A stretch of DNA of 64,000 nucleotides from a virus. Shown here piece after piece: positions 37,886 through 46,128 of this stretch. The first letter of the stretch is position 1; each line of letters opens with the position of its first letter. The notes under the pieces are model-generated. The model was not told the DNA's origin, did not search any database, and saw nothing but the letters and a program-made list of their open reading frames with translations. A program made the position numbers and the translations under genes. The DNA lies in IMG/VR virus record IMGVR_UViG_3300036759_000025, positions 1-64,000 of that record; one strand, given 5' to 3'.

Positions 37886-38937
37886 GGCACAGCTTCGGTG
37901 CCGAGGTACTGAGTGACAGCATCACGCCGGTTGGTGTGCGCTGCACCACCCTCATCGCCACACTGCCACGGGCGTACCTGGCAGAACTGAACACGCACCG
38001 GCTCCTGTCTCGGGATGGCTACGAGCAGGAGCTTTCGCGCAACTCGGCGTCCTCACGGGCGATACCAACCGAGAAGAACATCGACAACGTGCGTGCGTTC
38101 CCCTACGTTCCTGAGACGTTCAATGCGCGCGTCAAGGGCATGGGCGTTGGGCTGGCGCTTGATCCGGCCAAACAGGAGGATGCGCGCCGAGCCTGGATGC
38201 GTGGCATGAACTACGCCACGGTGACAGCCGACATCCTCAACGAGATTGGTATTGACAAGTCACGTGCCAATCGCGTGATCGAGCCGTTCATGTGGCACAC
38301 CGTCATCATCACGGCAACGGAGTGGGACAACTTCCTCGCTCTGCGCTGCCCGGACGGCGACGAGTGGGACCCGGAGTTCCCTGCTCAGCCCGAGATGCAG
38401 ATGTTCGCCATCAAGATCCGTGACGCCCTGGATGGCAGCACTCCGAAGCTGCTGGAGGAGGGCTCCTGGGCGATGCCGTACTTCGACTGGGATGAGGAGT
38501 CGGAGCTTCTGCGCGGCCTCCTGGGTGGGCTCCAGGTGCCGATCAACGAGGTCATCAACGGAGCACTGCTCGTCTCGGCACGGCGCGTGGCTCGCGTCAG
38601 CTTTGAGAAGCAGGATGACATCGAAGACATCATGGCGTCCTATGACAAGGGCATCGTGCTGGCGCAGATGGCTCACTACAGCCCGATGGAGCACCAGGTC
38701 CGGCCGATCACCAGCACCGATCTCAAGAACGGCGCGATCAACTCCAAGATCCATGTGCCAATCGACTTGTTCAGAGATCAGCGGGTTGTCAACTTCAAGA
38801 AGCTGCCGCTGGAGCGGATGTGGTGTGGCAACCTGCGTGGTGTGATCCAGTTCCGCAAGCTGCTGCCGTACGAGGACAACGCCGCCGTCAAGCGTGCCAT
38901 GGAAGCTGCCAAGGAGTACGAGGAGGGCACGCGATGA
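37882..38937 (+). CDS. thyX: ThyX-like flavin-dependent thymidylate synthase homologue (atypical signature)
   Basis: LIATLPRAYLAELNTHRLLS...SRNSASSRAIP and ANRVIEPFMWHTVIITATEWDNFLALRC...AQPEMQ parallel ThyX blocks (..SR...hql.RHR..S..q.SqRY; AR..lP......t.n.r.l.hf..lR...AQ.Ei). However, RHR reads THR and there is an insertion before the SxR element. Confidence 0.5.
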   Translation: MRHSFGAEVLSDSITPVGVRCTTLIATLPRAYLAELNTHRLLSRDGYEQELSRNSASSRAIPTEKNIDNVRAFPYVPETFNARVKGMGVGLALDPAKQEDARRAWMRGMNYATVTADILNEIGIDKSRANRVIEPFMWHTVIITATEWDNFLALRCPDGDEWDPEFPAQPEMQMFAIKIRDALDGSTPKLLEEGSWAMPYFDWDEESELLRGLLGGLQVPINEVINGALLVSARRVARVSFEKQDDIEDIMASYDKGIVLAQMAHYSPMEHQVRPITSTDLKNGAINSKIHVPIDLFRDQRVVNFKKLPLERMWCGNLRGVIQFRKLLPYEDNAAVKRAMEAAKEYEEGTR

Positions 38938-39146
38938 TCACGATCCGGGAGGAGCGCCATCGCCAGCCTGCACCAGCTAATGCCAGCCTGGAGTCCAATG
39001 CGATTGCTACGGCCGAACGCTGTCTGCACCAGATCGCCACGGCTCTGGAAGACGCTGGTTGGGGGCGAGTCAACGAGTTGAAGGTCACCTTCCCTGGGAT
39101 CTCAACTGACATCGCACCTGTTATCGCCTGGAGGCGTGATGGGTGA
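38934..39146 (+). CDS. hypothetical small protein
   Basis: ATGA overlap with the thyX-like stop. 70 aa. Confidence 0.4.
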   Translation: MITIREERHRQPAPANASLESNAIATAERCLHQIATALEDAGWGRVNELKVTFPGISTDIAPVIAWRRDG

Positions 39147-39669
39147 TTGCACGCACCCTCGCAGCCAGGGCTATGTCGATGACCAGGACCGCAGCCGGTG
39201 CGGTGCCTGCGGCGATGTGTGGGACAATGATCGCAAGATGTTCGTGCCACTCGACGGTGAGGCTCCGGAGATCAGACCGTTCCGTGTCGTCATCATTGAT
39301 GTTCGCAACGGGAACGTCTATGCCGATGGCAGCAACCTTGATGTTCCTGAGGAGGGACGTGAGGGAGTGCTGCGTGCTATCGAGACAGCCGATGTGCTGG
39401 TCGAGATCAGCACTGACAACATGTGGGTCAAGAAGGGTGTCGAGCACGGCGTCGTCGCGTTGGCCAAGACCAGGAGCGAGGCGCAGATGTCGAATGAGAA
39501 GGCGCTCCGTGAGAGCGCGGCTCGGGCAACTGGACCGGAGATACCAGCAGGGATGGTAGGGGACCGCGCCACGTTCGAGGACGACCCGGTAGATGCGAAG
39601 TTCGCTCGCGTCTGGGACGACACGGTGCCCTCTGGCAAGCCGGTCGAAGGTGGCCTGAAGGGCTACTGA
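39139..39669 (+). CDS. hypothetical protein (N-terminal Cys cluster)
   Basis: 176 aa. CTHP...CGACG near the N-terminus. No family recognised. Confidence 0.45.
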   Translation: MGDCTHPRSQGYVDDQDRSRCGACGDVWDNDRKMFVPLDGEAPEIRPFRVVIIDVRNGNVYADGSNLDVPEEGREGVLRAIETADVLVEISTDNMWVKKGVEHGVVALAKTRSEAQMSNEKALRESAARATGPEIPAGMVGDRATFEDDPVDAKFARVWDDTVPSGKPVEGGLKGY

Positions 39670-39699
39670 TAGACTGCGCCATGATGGCCTGGGGAGAAC

Positions 39700-42600
39700 A
39701 TGGTCGAGTTCGCTGGACACCTTCACGTACATGACTCATACAGCCTGCTAGACGGCAACGCTGACCGCAACCAACTAACAACCGAGGCGGCACGTAAAGG
39801 CCAGGACTTCCTGGGTTTTACCAACCACGGTGTGTTGGGCGGGGCGTTGGAGCATATCCACGCCTGCCGTCATCCAGAGCAGTACGAGGACCCGCAGAAT
39901 CCTGGTGCCAAGCGCGCCAAGGATGAACGCCTGCTGCCAGTGCTTGGTATCGAGGCGTACTGGCGTCACGATCGCTTCATGGACCTGACCGATCGCGCAC
40001 TCTATGGCAAGAACGGCCACAACTGGGCGCAGCATCTCTGCCTGCACGCTGGCAACTTGGCTGGTTGGCGTACGCTGCTGCGGCTGAGTGCCAAGTCGTG
40101 GGTCACCAGGGAGAAGGGCGGCGGGCACTACGGCAAGCCGTGTATCGACATGGCCATGCTGGAGCAGGATCACGAAGGCATCACCGTCTCCACAGCTTGC
40201 ATCAACTCTCCGCTGGCGCACCTCATCCTGGCCGGGGATGAGCGCGGTGCCAAGCGCTGGTGCAAGGACATCATGGAACTGGGCATTCCGCTCTGGTTCG
40301 AGTTGATGCCACATGATCTCGAAGAGCAGCGAGATTACAACAACGGAATTGTCAACATCGCCTACGATCTGAGCAGGCCGATCGTTGCTTCTGGCGATGT
40401 GCACACGCCCTACAAGAAGTGGATGGATACACAGTCGCTTGTCAGGATGATCTCCTACCGCCAGACGCTCTCCGATCAGGAGAAGAAGAAGGATGCAGGC
40501 GAGGATGTCTACACAGAGGAGATCGACTCTGTGTACCTCTCTGGTGGCGACGAGATGCTGGCGATGTTCCAGAGCTACCAATCACAGTTGCCGTTGCCTG
40601 TGGTTCGGGAGTCGCTGGCCAACACACGTGAGTTCTTCCAGAGCTTCAAGCCGTGGCAGTTCGGTAAGAGCCTCAAGCTCCCGCACGTCCACGTCGATGC
40701 CAAGTCGATCCTGTGGGGCTGGGTGCAGGATGGCTTCGAGCGCATCAAGGCCGAGTATCCGGCCGAGCACTGGAAGGCATATCCGTGGGAGCAATACGAA
40801 CAGCGTTGTCAGGAAGAGTGGGATGTCCTGGTCGCCAAGGACGTGCTCGACTACTTCTACATCGTGGCCGACTTCATCCGCTGGGCGCGCTCCGACAAGC
40901 CGCTACCAGTCCGAGTTGGCAAGAAGCTCTACTACCCCGAGGGCAAGAAGCGGCCGATCCGCTGCAACCTGCGCGGCTCCGCAGCGGGCTGCCTGATCAG
41001 CTACTTGATTGGCATCTCGGTTGTTGATCCGATCCCGCACGAGCTTCTGTTCGAGCGCTTCATCAACCCGGATCGTGAGGGGATGCCGGACATCGACATC
41101 GATCTAGAGTCCGGTGAGTATGGCAGGGATCTTGGCAAGGAATACTTCCGGATCGTGTACGGCCGCAACCACGTGGCTGACGTGATCGCCTACCAGACCT
41201 TCGGTCCGCGCGCTGTGCTGAAGGCTGTATGCGATGTCCATGAGGTTGACTTCAACCGCATCCGCAACGCCACCGAGTCGATCGGTGACACTGAGCGCGG
41301 GCTGGAGAAGATCGCGGCCAAGAATCCAATCGTGGCTGGCATGAAGAAGGACTTCCCAGACGCCTGGGAGCAGTGCCTTCGCCTGGAAGACCAGATCAAG
41401 AACGACTCGCGACACGCCTCAGCGATCATCGTCACTGACAAGCCGGTTACTGAGACTGGCATGGCCGTCCAGACCAGTGGTGATCGAGAGACGATCATCA
41501 CGGCATGGGCTGACCGGGTGGAGTTCCCGATCGTGTCCAACTACGGTTGGCAGAAGTTTGATCTACTGGGCGTCAACTCGCTCAACAAACAGGCACTCGC
41601 CTGCGAACTGATCGAGCGCTTCTACGGCGAGAAGGTGGATCTCGACAAGCTGCCTGTCATGCGTGATCCGCGCGCTGTCGATCCCAAGGTGATGGCGGCG
41701 TTCAAGGCCAAGAAGACGTGGGACAACTTCCAGTTTGCTGGCGACGGCATCACCAACGCGCTGTTCGGGATTGCGCCGGATGACATCAACGAGCTATCAC
41801 TTGCCAATGCGCTTTATCGTCCTGGTGCCTCCTCCCAGATCGATGAGTACGTGGCGCGCAAGCGGGGTGAGCACAAGTGGACGCTCTGGCATGAGTCGCT
41901 GAAGCCGTTCCTGGGGCATACGTACGGCATCATCGCCTTCCAGGAGCAAGTGATGCAGGTCTGCAAGGCGATCGGTGGCTTCACCGGAGCGCAGGCCGAC
42001 TTCATGCGCAAGGCGATCTCCAAGCTCTACCGGCTCGGCAAGGAGGAAGCGCAGAAGGAGATGCGCCCCTACTGGGAGATCTGGCTACCAGGTTGCATGG
42101 CACTCAAGATCCCACGCGCCGTGATCGATGAGGTGTGGGCGCTGATCCTGGAGTTCGGTGGCTACAGCTTCAACAAGGCACACTCGACTTGCTACGCGCT
42201 CCAGGCGTACCAGGACATGTGGCTGAAGGTCTACTACCCACTCGCTTACTACGCCGCTGCGCTGACGATCACAAAGAAGCAGAAGAAGGAGGACCAGGCA
42301 CAGTTCCTCAAGAACGGTCTGCGCGAGGCACGCTCGTTCGGGATCGAGGCGCTGCCTCCAGATGTCAACCATAGTGACGTGGGCTGGGCGATCGACGGCG
42401 GTAAGCTCCGCTTCGGGCTCGCCAGCGTCAACGAGATGGGCTCGGCGGCTGCCAGGGCGATTGTTGATGGACAACCGTACAAGAGCTTCGAGGACTTCGT
42501 GCAGCGGTTGCCCGAGGGTACCAACAAGACGCATCATCTGGCGCTCGTCAAGTGCGGGGCGTTCGATGCCCTGGAGAACCGCGAGTACCTGATGGGCCAC

Positions 42601-43467
42601 GCACCGATGCACGAAGGCAACCAGATCAAGTTCGACATCGAGATGTCCTGCACTGATATTGTCAAGAAGACTGTCAAGCTGACTGACCGACAGATCGAGA
42701 ACAACCCGTCGCTTTACAACGAGGCGAAGATCCAGGCCGAGCTACAGCGCAAGGGCAAGCTCCAGACGGCAACGGTCAAGTGCCGCAAGCATCCGGAGGC
42801 TACGATCGTCCAGGTCAGCCAGCGCTTCGATGCCTACACGGTTGCCGAGTGGATGAAGGATCGGCCGGGGCGTCGGCCGGACGAGTGGGAGAAGGCCACC
42901 ACGGGGGAGATCGCTGCTGCTGAGCGCGACTCCCTCAACATCAGCATGACCAGCGGTTCGATCGGCGTGCGCTACTACGACTTCATCGCGGATCGCATCA
43001 TGACAGCCGAAGAGGTAGATGCGCTACCACGCAAGCCCAAGCGCAAGAAGGTCAAGGGCAAGTATTACCATACTACTTGGTGTACTTGCGAGGACTGCCA
43101 GGCAGCCGAGGTCGTCGTCGGTGGCGAGATCACGCGCTTCAAGCCGATCCGTAACAAGCGCGGCGACATGATGGCGTTCGGTGACCTGGTGTTCGGCTCT
43201 GACAACTACAAGCTGACCTTCTTCACCGATGCCTACCGAGACTTCCACCGCACTGTCAAGTCGCCTACGGCGTTCCTGATCAGCGGTGTCAAGAACGATC
43301 GTGGTGAGATCACCGTGTTCGAGGTGGTCGATGTGGTGGAGCTTGCCAAGGAGCAGGGCTGGGAGCCGCCACCGATGCAGGTCAACGGCGAGAAGCGACG
43401 GCGTGCCAGTCTCCGACTGATTCGAGGTGGAGTTGCCAATGGTGATGCGAAGCAGAGGGTGGCTTGA
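39700..43467 (+). CDS. dnaE: DNA polymerase III alpha subunit (PHP + palm + OB)
   Basis: HLHVHDSYSLLDG (PHP), GMPDIDIDLES (catalytic Asp pair), ALYRPGASS, IAFQEQVMQV, FGGYSFNKAHSTCYAL, and a C-terminal OB-like region. Confidence 0.9.
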   Translation: MVEFAGHLHVHDSYSLLDGNADRNQLTTEAARKGQDFLGFTNHGVLGGALEHIHACRHPEQYEDPQNPGAKRAKDERLLPVLGIEAYWRHDRFMDLTDRALYGKNGHNWAQHLCLHAGNLAGWRTLLRLSAKSWVTREKGGGHYGKPCIDMAMLEQDHEGITVSTACINSPLAHLILAGDERGAKRWCKDIMELGIPLWFELMPHDLEEQRDYNNGIVNIAYDLSRPIVASGDVHTPYKKWMDTQSLVRMISYRQTLSDQEKKKDAGEDVYTEEIDSVYLSGGDEMLAMFQSYQSQLPLPVVRESLANTREFFQSFKPWQFGKSLKLPHVHVDAKSILWGWVQDGFERIKAEYPAEHWKAYPWEQYEQRCQEEWDVLVAKDVLDYFYIVADFIRWARSDKPLPVRVGKKLYYPEGKKRPIRCNLRGSAAGCLISYLIGISVVDPIPHELLFERFINPDREGMPDIDIDLESGEYGRDLGKEYFRIVYGRNHVADVIAYQTFGPRAVLKAVCDVHEVDFNRIRNATESIGDTERGLEKIAAKNPIVAGMKKDFPDAWEQCLRLEDQIKNDSRHASAIIVTDKPVTETGMAVQTSGDRETIITAWADRVEFPIVSNYGWQKFDLLGVNSLNKQALACELIERFYGEKVDLDKLPVMRDPRAVDPKVMAAFKAKKTWDNFQFAGDGITNALFGIAPDDINELSLANALYRPGASSQIDEYVARKRGEHKWTLWHESLKPFLGHTYGIIAFQEQVMQVCKAIGGFTGAQADFMRKAISKLYRLGKEEAQKEMRPYWEIWLPGCMALKIPRAVIDEVWALILEFGGYSFNKAHSTCYALQAYQDMWLKVYYPLAYYAAALTITKKQKKEDQAQFLKNGLREARSFGIEALPPDVNHSDVGWAIDGGKLRFGLASVNEMGSAAARAIVDGQPYKSFEDFVQRLPEGTNKTHHLALVKCGAFDALENREYLMGHAPMHEGNQIKFDIEMSCTDIVKKTVKLTDRQIENNPSLYNEAKIQAELQRKGKLQTATVKCRKHPEATIVQVSQRFDAYTVAEWMKDRPGRRPDEWEKATTGEIAAAERDSLNISMTSGSIGVRYYDFIADRIMTAEEVDALPRKPKRKKVKGKYYHTTWCTCEDCQAAEVVVGGEITRFKPIRNKRGDMMAFGDLVFGSDNYKLTFFTDAYRDFHRTVKSPTAFLISGVKNDRGEITVFEVVDVVELAKEQGWEPPPMQVNGEKRRRASLRLIRGGVANGDAKQRVA

Positions 43468-44735
43468 TGCCGGTCAACGCTGAGGAACGCCAGGCGTTCA
43501 TCGAGTGGGTGGAGAGCCAGAAGGAGTGGGAGACGCGCGTCTTCACTGGCAATACACAGCAAGTTGGTGATGGCCCGCTGCGCATCCCATTCGTCAACCC
43601 GACGCTGACCAGGGCGACCAGCCGGGGTGTGCCGATCGGCCACATCTGCCGCTGGTGGGGTGAGGAGGGCTCTGGCAAGTCACTGACCAATCTCGGCATC
43701 ATCTACGTGGCTCAGAACTACCCGGAGATCATGACCGAGGAGTACGAGCGCGAGATCCGCTTCTGGGAGGCCAGGCGCAACAAGCTCAAGGCGATGCTGC
43801 TGAGGACCAAGCTCGGGATGGTGCTCAAGAAGTTCCCTGATGGCATGTCGGTGTGCATCTATGACACCGAGCAGCGCTTCACCTGGGATCTGGCTGAGCG
43901 GATGGGGATCGATATCCGCCATCCTGACAAGCTGATCGTCATGGAGGAGAACATCATCGAGAACATCGCCTACCAGATGCAGGAGGCGGTGGCTGCCTAT
44001 CACATCGTGATCGTGGACAGCGTGAGCAACGCTGAGAGCTTCGCGGAGGCGAACTTGTCGCCTGGTGAGTACGAACGCGGGACGGCAGCAGCGGCGTGGA
44101 AGCGCCTGCGCTCAGTCCGCCGACGACTCGACCGCACCGAGAACACCATCATCCTGGTTGACCAGGTGCGCGCGGCACTGGGCAAGACCGTCTACCGTCA
44201 TGGCAAGCAGGAACAGGCACCGCCACAGCCGCCGCAGATCCGCTTCATCAAGCACAACGCCAGCATGACGATCGCCTACAGTGCTGGCAAGAAGCTTTAC
44301 ATGATGGATGACGGGATGCTGACCGACGACTACAAGAAGGCCAGCAACGACTTCCAGGCGCTCGGATCAGACGGCAAGGAGGTTGCCGGTCTGGAGATGC
44401 GCTGCTATGTCGAGAAGAACTCGACTGGTGCGCCCTTCCGCAAGGCGGCGATGCGCTTCTGCTTCCCGGTCACCGACGTGCGCAGCGGTGAACTGATCCA
44501 GGATGTCGGCTTCGACTTGCCATTCGAGTTGCTGATGTCGGCTGAGCACTACCACATCGTGGAGTCCGGTGGCGGCGGGATGTTCTACCCGCTTGATGAG
44601 AAGTTCCGGCGCATCCCCAAGGGCCGTGGTCGTGGCCACGTGGGTTGGAAGGGCGAACCGGCCGCGCGAGCGGCGATCGAAGAGGATGACGAACTCAGGG
44701 AGCGAGTGCTAAGTCGCTTGATGATGGATCGATGA
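43464..44735 (+). CDS. RecA-like recombinase / ATPase
   Basis: WGEEGSGKSL (Walker A), IVIVDSVSNAESF...GTAAAAWKRLRSVRRRL...TIILVDQVR mirrors RecA IVVDSVAAL...G.qAR.ms.aLRkl...iFiNQiR. Confidence 0.6.
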   Translation: MMPVNAEERQAFIEWVESQKEWETRVFTGNTQQVGDGPLRIPFVNPTLTRATSRGVPIGHICRWWGEEGSGKSLTNLGIIYVAQNYPEIMTEEYEREIRFWEARRNKLKAMLLRTKLGMVLKKFPDGMSVCIYDTEQRFTWDLAERMGIDIRHPDKLIVMEENIIENIAYQMQEAVAAYHIVIVDSVSNAESFAEANLSPGEYERGTAAAAWKRLRSVRRRLDRTENTIILVDQVRAALGKTVYRHGKQEQAPPQPPQIRFIKHNASMTIAYSAGKKLYMMDDGMLTDDYKKASNDFQALGSDGKEVAGLEMRCYVEKNSTGAPFRKAAMRFCFPVTDVRSGELIQDVGFDLPFELLMSAEHYHIVESGGGGMFYPLDEKFRRIPKGRGRGHVGWKGEPAARAAIEEDDELRERVLSRLMMDR

Positions 44736-44751
44736 GCAAGGATGAGAATCC

Positions 44752-45297
44752 ATGGGTGAAGAGCCTGACTACGAAGCGCTCTGGAAGCGAATCGTCGCCC
44801 ACGCCGAGCGAGCGATCGAACACGAGAAGTGGCAAGCTCGCTGGTCTGAAGGCGCACGGTTCCTCAGTGACGAAGCCTACGTCATTGAGAGGCGTAACAG
44901 CAAGAGCCACATCAGGAACACAATCCAGGGGTACGATCTCGCCGCCGCCATCTGCCAAGACGATCTCGCCGGATACATCGAGCGCTGGTACCCGCAGGCG
45001 AAGCCGAACGGGCCGCGTGTCAGCTTCGTCACCCGCGACGAGGCCGAGCGCGCCTTCCGTGTCATCCGGGATGCCGTCGCGGATTCTTACGACCCGGCAA
45101 CCATTCGGTGGGGGCATTGGGACAAGTCCGGCGAGCACGGCGAATTTGAAGCGGGCGAAGCGTCTGGCTACTACATCGCCACCTGGGACGCAGGTGTACG
45201 TCGAGTGGGACGTGGACCCCGCCTATGGCAACGAGCCTATGACCTTCTCAGGCGCGGTCGAGAGCTACGACGCAAATGGCAACATAAACGTCGTTAG
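44752..45297 (+). CDS. hypothetical protein; coding signal leaves this frame near 45190
   Basis: Good codon bias from 44752 to about 45192. The last ~100 nt encode an Arg-rich tail with A/T third positions, typical of out-of-frame reading. Confidence 0.45.
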   Translation: MGEEPDYEALWKRIVAHAERAIEHEKWQARWSEGARFLSDEAYVIERRNSKSHIRNTIQGYDLAAAICQDDLAGYIERWYPQAKPNGPRVSFVTRDEAERAFRVIRDAVADSYDPATIRWGHWDKSGEHGEFEAGEASGYYIATWDAGVRRVGRGPRLWQRAYDLLRRGRELRRKWQHKRR

Positions 45298-45358
45298 CAA
45301 AGACGGCGTGCGGCTGTGGATTCCCTGTGGCGTGATCAGGATCAACAATGTCAAGTAG
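45194..45358 (+). CDS. small ORF or +1-frame continuation of 44752 gene
   Basis: From GTG 45194 the +1 frame shows GC-rich third positions and a plausible sequence VYVEWDVDPAYGNEPMTFSGAVESYDANGNINVVSKDGVRLWIPCGVIRINNVK. Confidence 0.4.
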   Translation: MYVEWDVDPAYGNEPMTFSGAVESYDANGNINVVSKDGVRLWIPCGVIRINNVK

Positions 45359-45662
45359 GGAGGTAAATACCAAGAACCGCCTCGCTTGCCATCGCAAGAA
45401 GGTTGTCAAGGCGATGGAGGTAGTAACAGGCTTGCTGATGGCAGAGTCAGCGATCGAGAAGATCCAGGTTGAGTCCAACTCGGCGTGGCTGTGTGTTGAC
45501 ATCTGGCCCTACAACCCGTTCGTTCCAGCCGAGATGTGCACGCCTGAGAAGTTCGCAATCTGGTTGAACACAAGTCAACTGTTCAAGGTCGATCAGCACG
45601 GTGCTGCGATGGAGGACCCGATCACAGTCGAGGAGGCCATCCGTGGGCTTGACACGCGCTGA
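45348..45662 (+). CDS. hypothetical protein
   Basis: 104-aa ORF. Start uncertain, with an alternative ATG near 45411. Confidence 0.4.
   Translation: MSSREVNTKNRLACHRKKVVKAMEVVTGLLMAESAIEKIQVESNSAWLCVDIWPYNPFVPAEMCTPEKFAIWLNTSQLFKVDQHGAAMEDPITVEEAIRGLDTR
45643..45652 (+). repeat. 10-bp direct repeat GTGGGCTTGA, left copy flanking the endonuclease cassette
   Basis: An identical 10-mer lies at 46119..46128. The left copy contains the HE start codon. The right copy contains the HE stop and the start of the next gene. Confidence 0.8.
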
Positions 45663-46128
45663 GGAGCGAGCGGCTTGGTATCTCGCTGGTCTGTTCGACG
45701 GCGAAGGATGGATTAGGCTTCAGCATGGCACATCAGGGTGTGCCATCTTGATTGCTAACACTGATCCGTCGATCATCCATGCCGCTGTTATTGCGCTTGA
45801 CATGCTTGGGATCGCCCATACGCTCCAGGATCGAAGGCTGTCTGAAGCTAATGAAAACCACAAGGACTTGGTTGTCATTGCTATTAGCCAGCGCGCCATG
45901 TGCGAACGGTTCATCCGGGTTGTTCCGTTCCTGAGCGAAGACAAGCGAGAGAAGGCGACTCGACTCTCTGCTGGGCGGCGCAAACTCAAGGGCCATGAGC
46001 GCCCTGTGGAACGCATGATCGAGCTACGCGATGCTGGTTACAGCAAGAGGGCTGCTGCCAAAGAGATGGGTATTGGGTATGCCACGATCAAGCGCTGGGT
46101 GATGGGGGCGAATATCAAGTGGGCTTGA
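45643..46128 (+). CDS. free-standing LAGLIDADG homing endonuclease with C-terminal HTH
   Basis: The GTG-start product VGLTRAEERAAWYLAGLFDGEGWIRL contains a canonical LAGLIDADG motif. Single-motif size (~161 aa). C-terminal GYSKRAAAKEMGIGYATIKRW HTH. Third codon positions are visibly more A/T than in flanking genes. Confidence 0.7.
   Translation: MGLTRAEERAAWYLAGLFDGEGWIRLQHGTSGCAILIANTDPSIIHAAVIALDMLGIAHTLQDRRLSEANENHKDLVVIAISQRAMCERFIRVVPFLSEDKREKATRLSAGRRKLKGHERPVERMIELRDAGYSKRAAAKEMGIGYATIKRWVMGANIKWA
46119..46128 (+). repeat. 10-bp direct repeat GTGGGCTTGA, right copy
   Basis: See 45643..45652. Exact match read directly from the sequence. Confidence 0.8.

Noticed and set aside
39700-43467. 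Inteins or introns in the large replication and packaging genes (DnaE, DnaB, TerL, portal).
   Set aside because: All conserved polymerase, helicase and terminase motifs appear in normal order. No inserted block carries Cys/Ser...HN splice-junction signatures or a nested endonuclease. The only LAGLIDADG gene is free-standing.
44732-45358. Track ORF 44732..45358 (208 aa) as one genuine gene.
   Set aside because: Its first ~150 codons are Ser/Thr/Arg/Pro-rich with poor third-position bias, and they overlap a well-behaved ORF in another frame. Only its last ~54 codons look coding.
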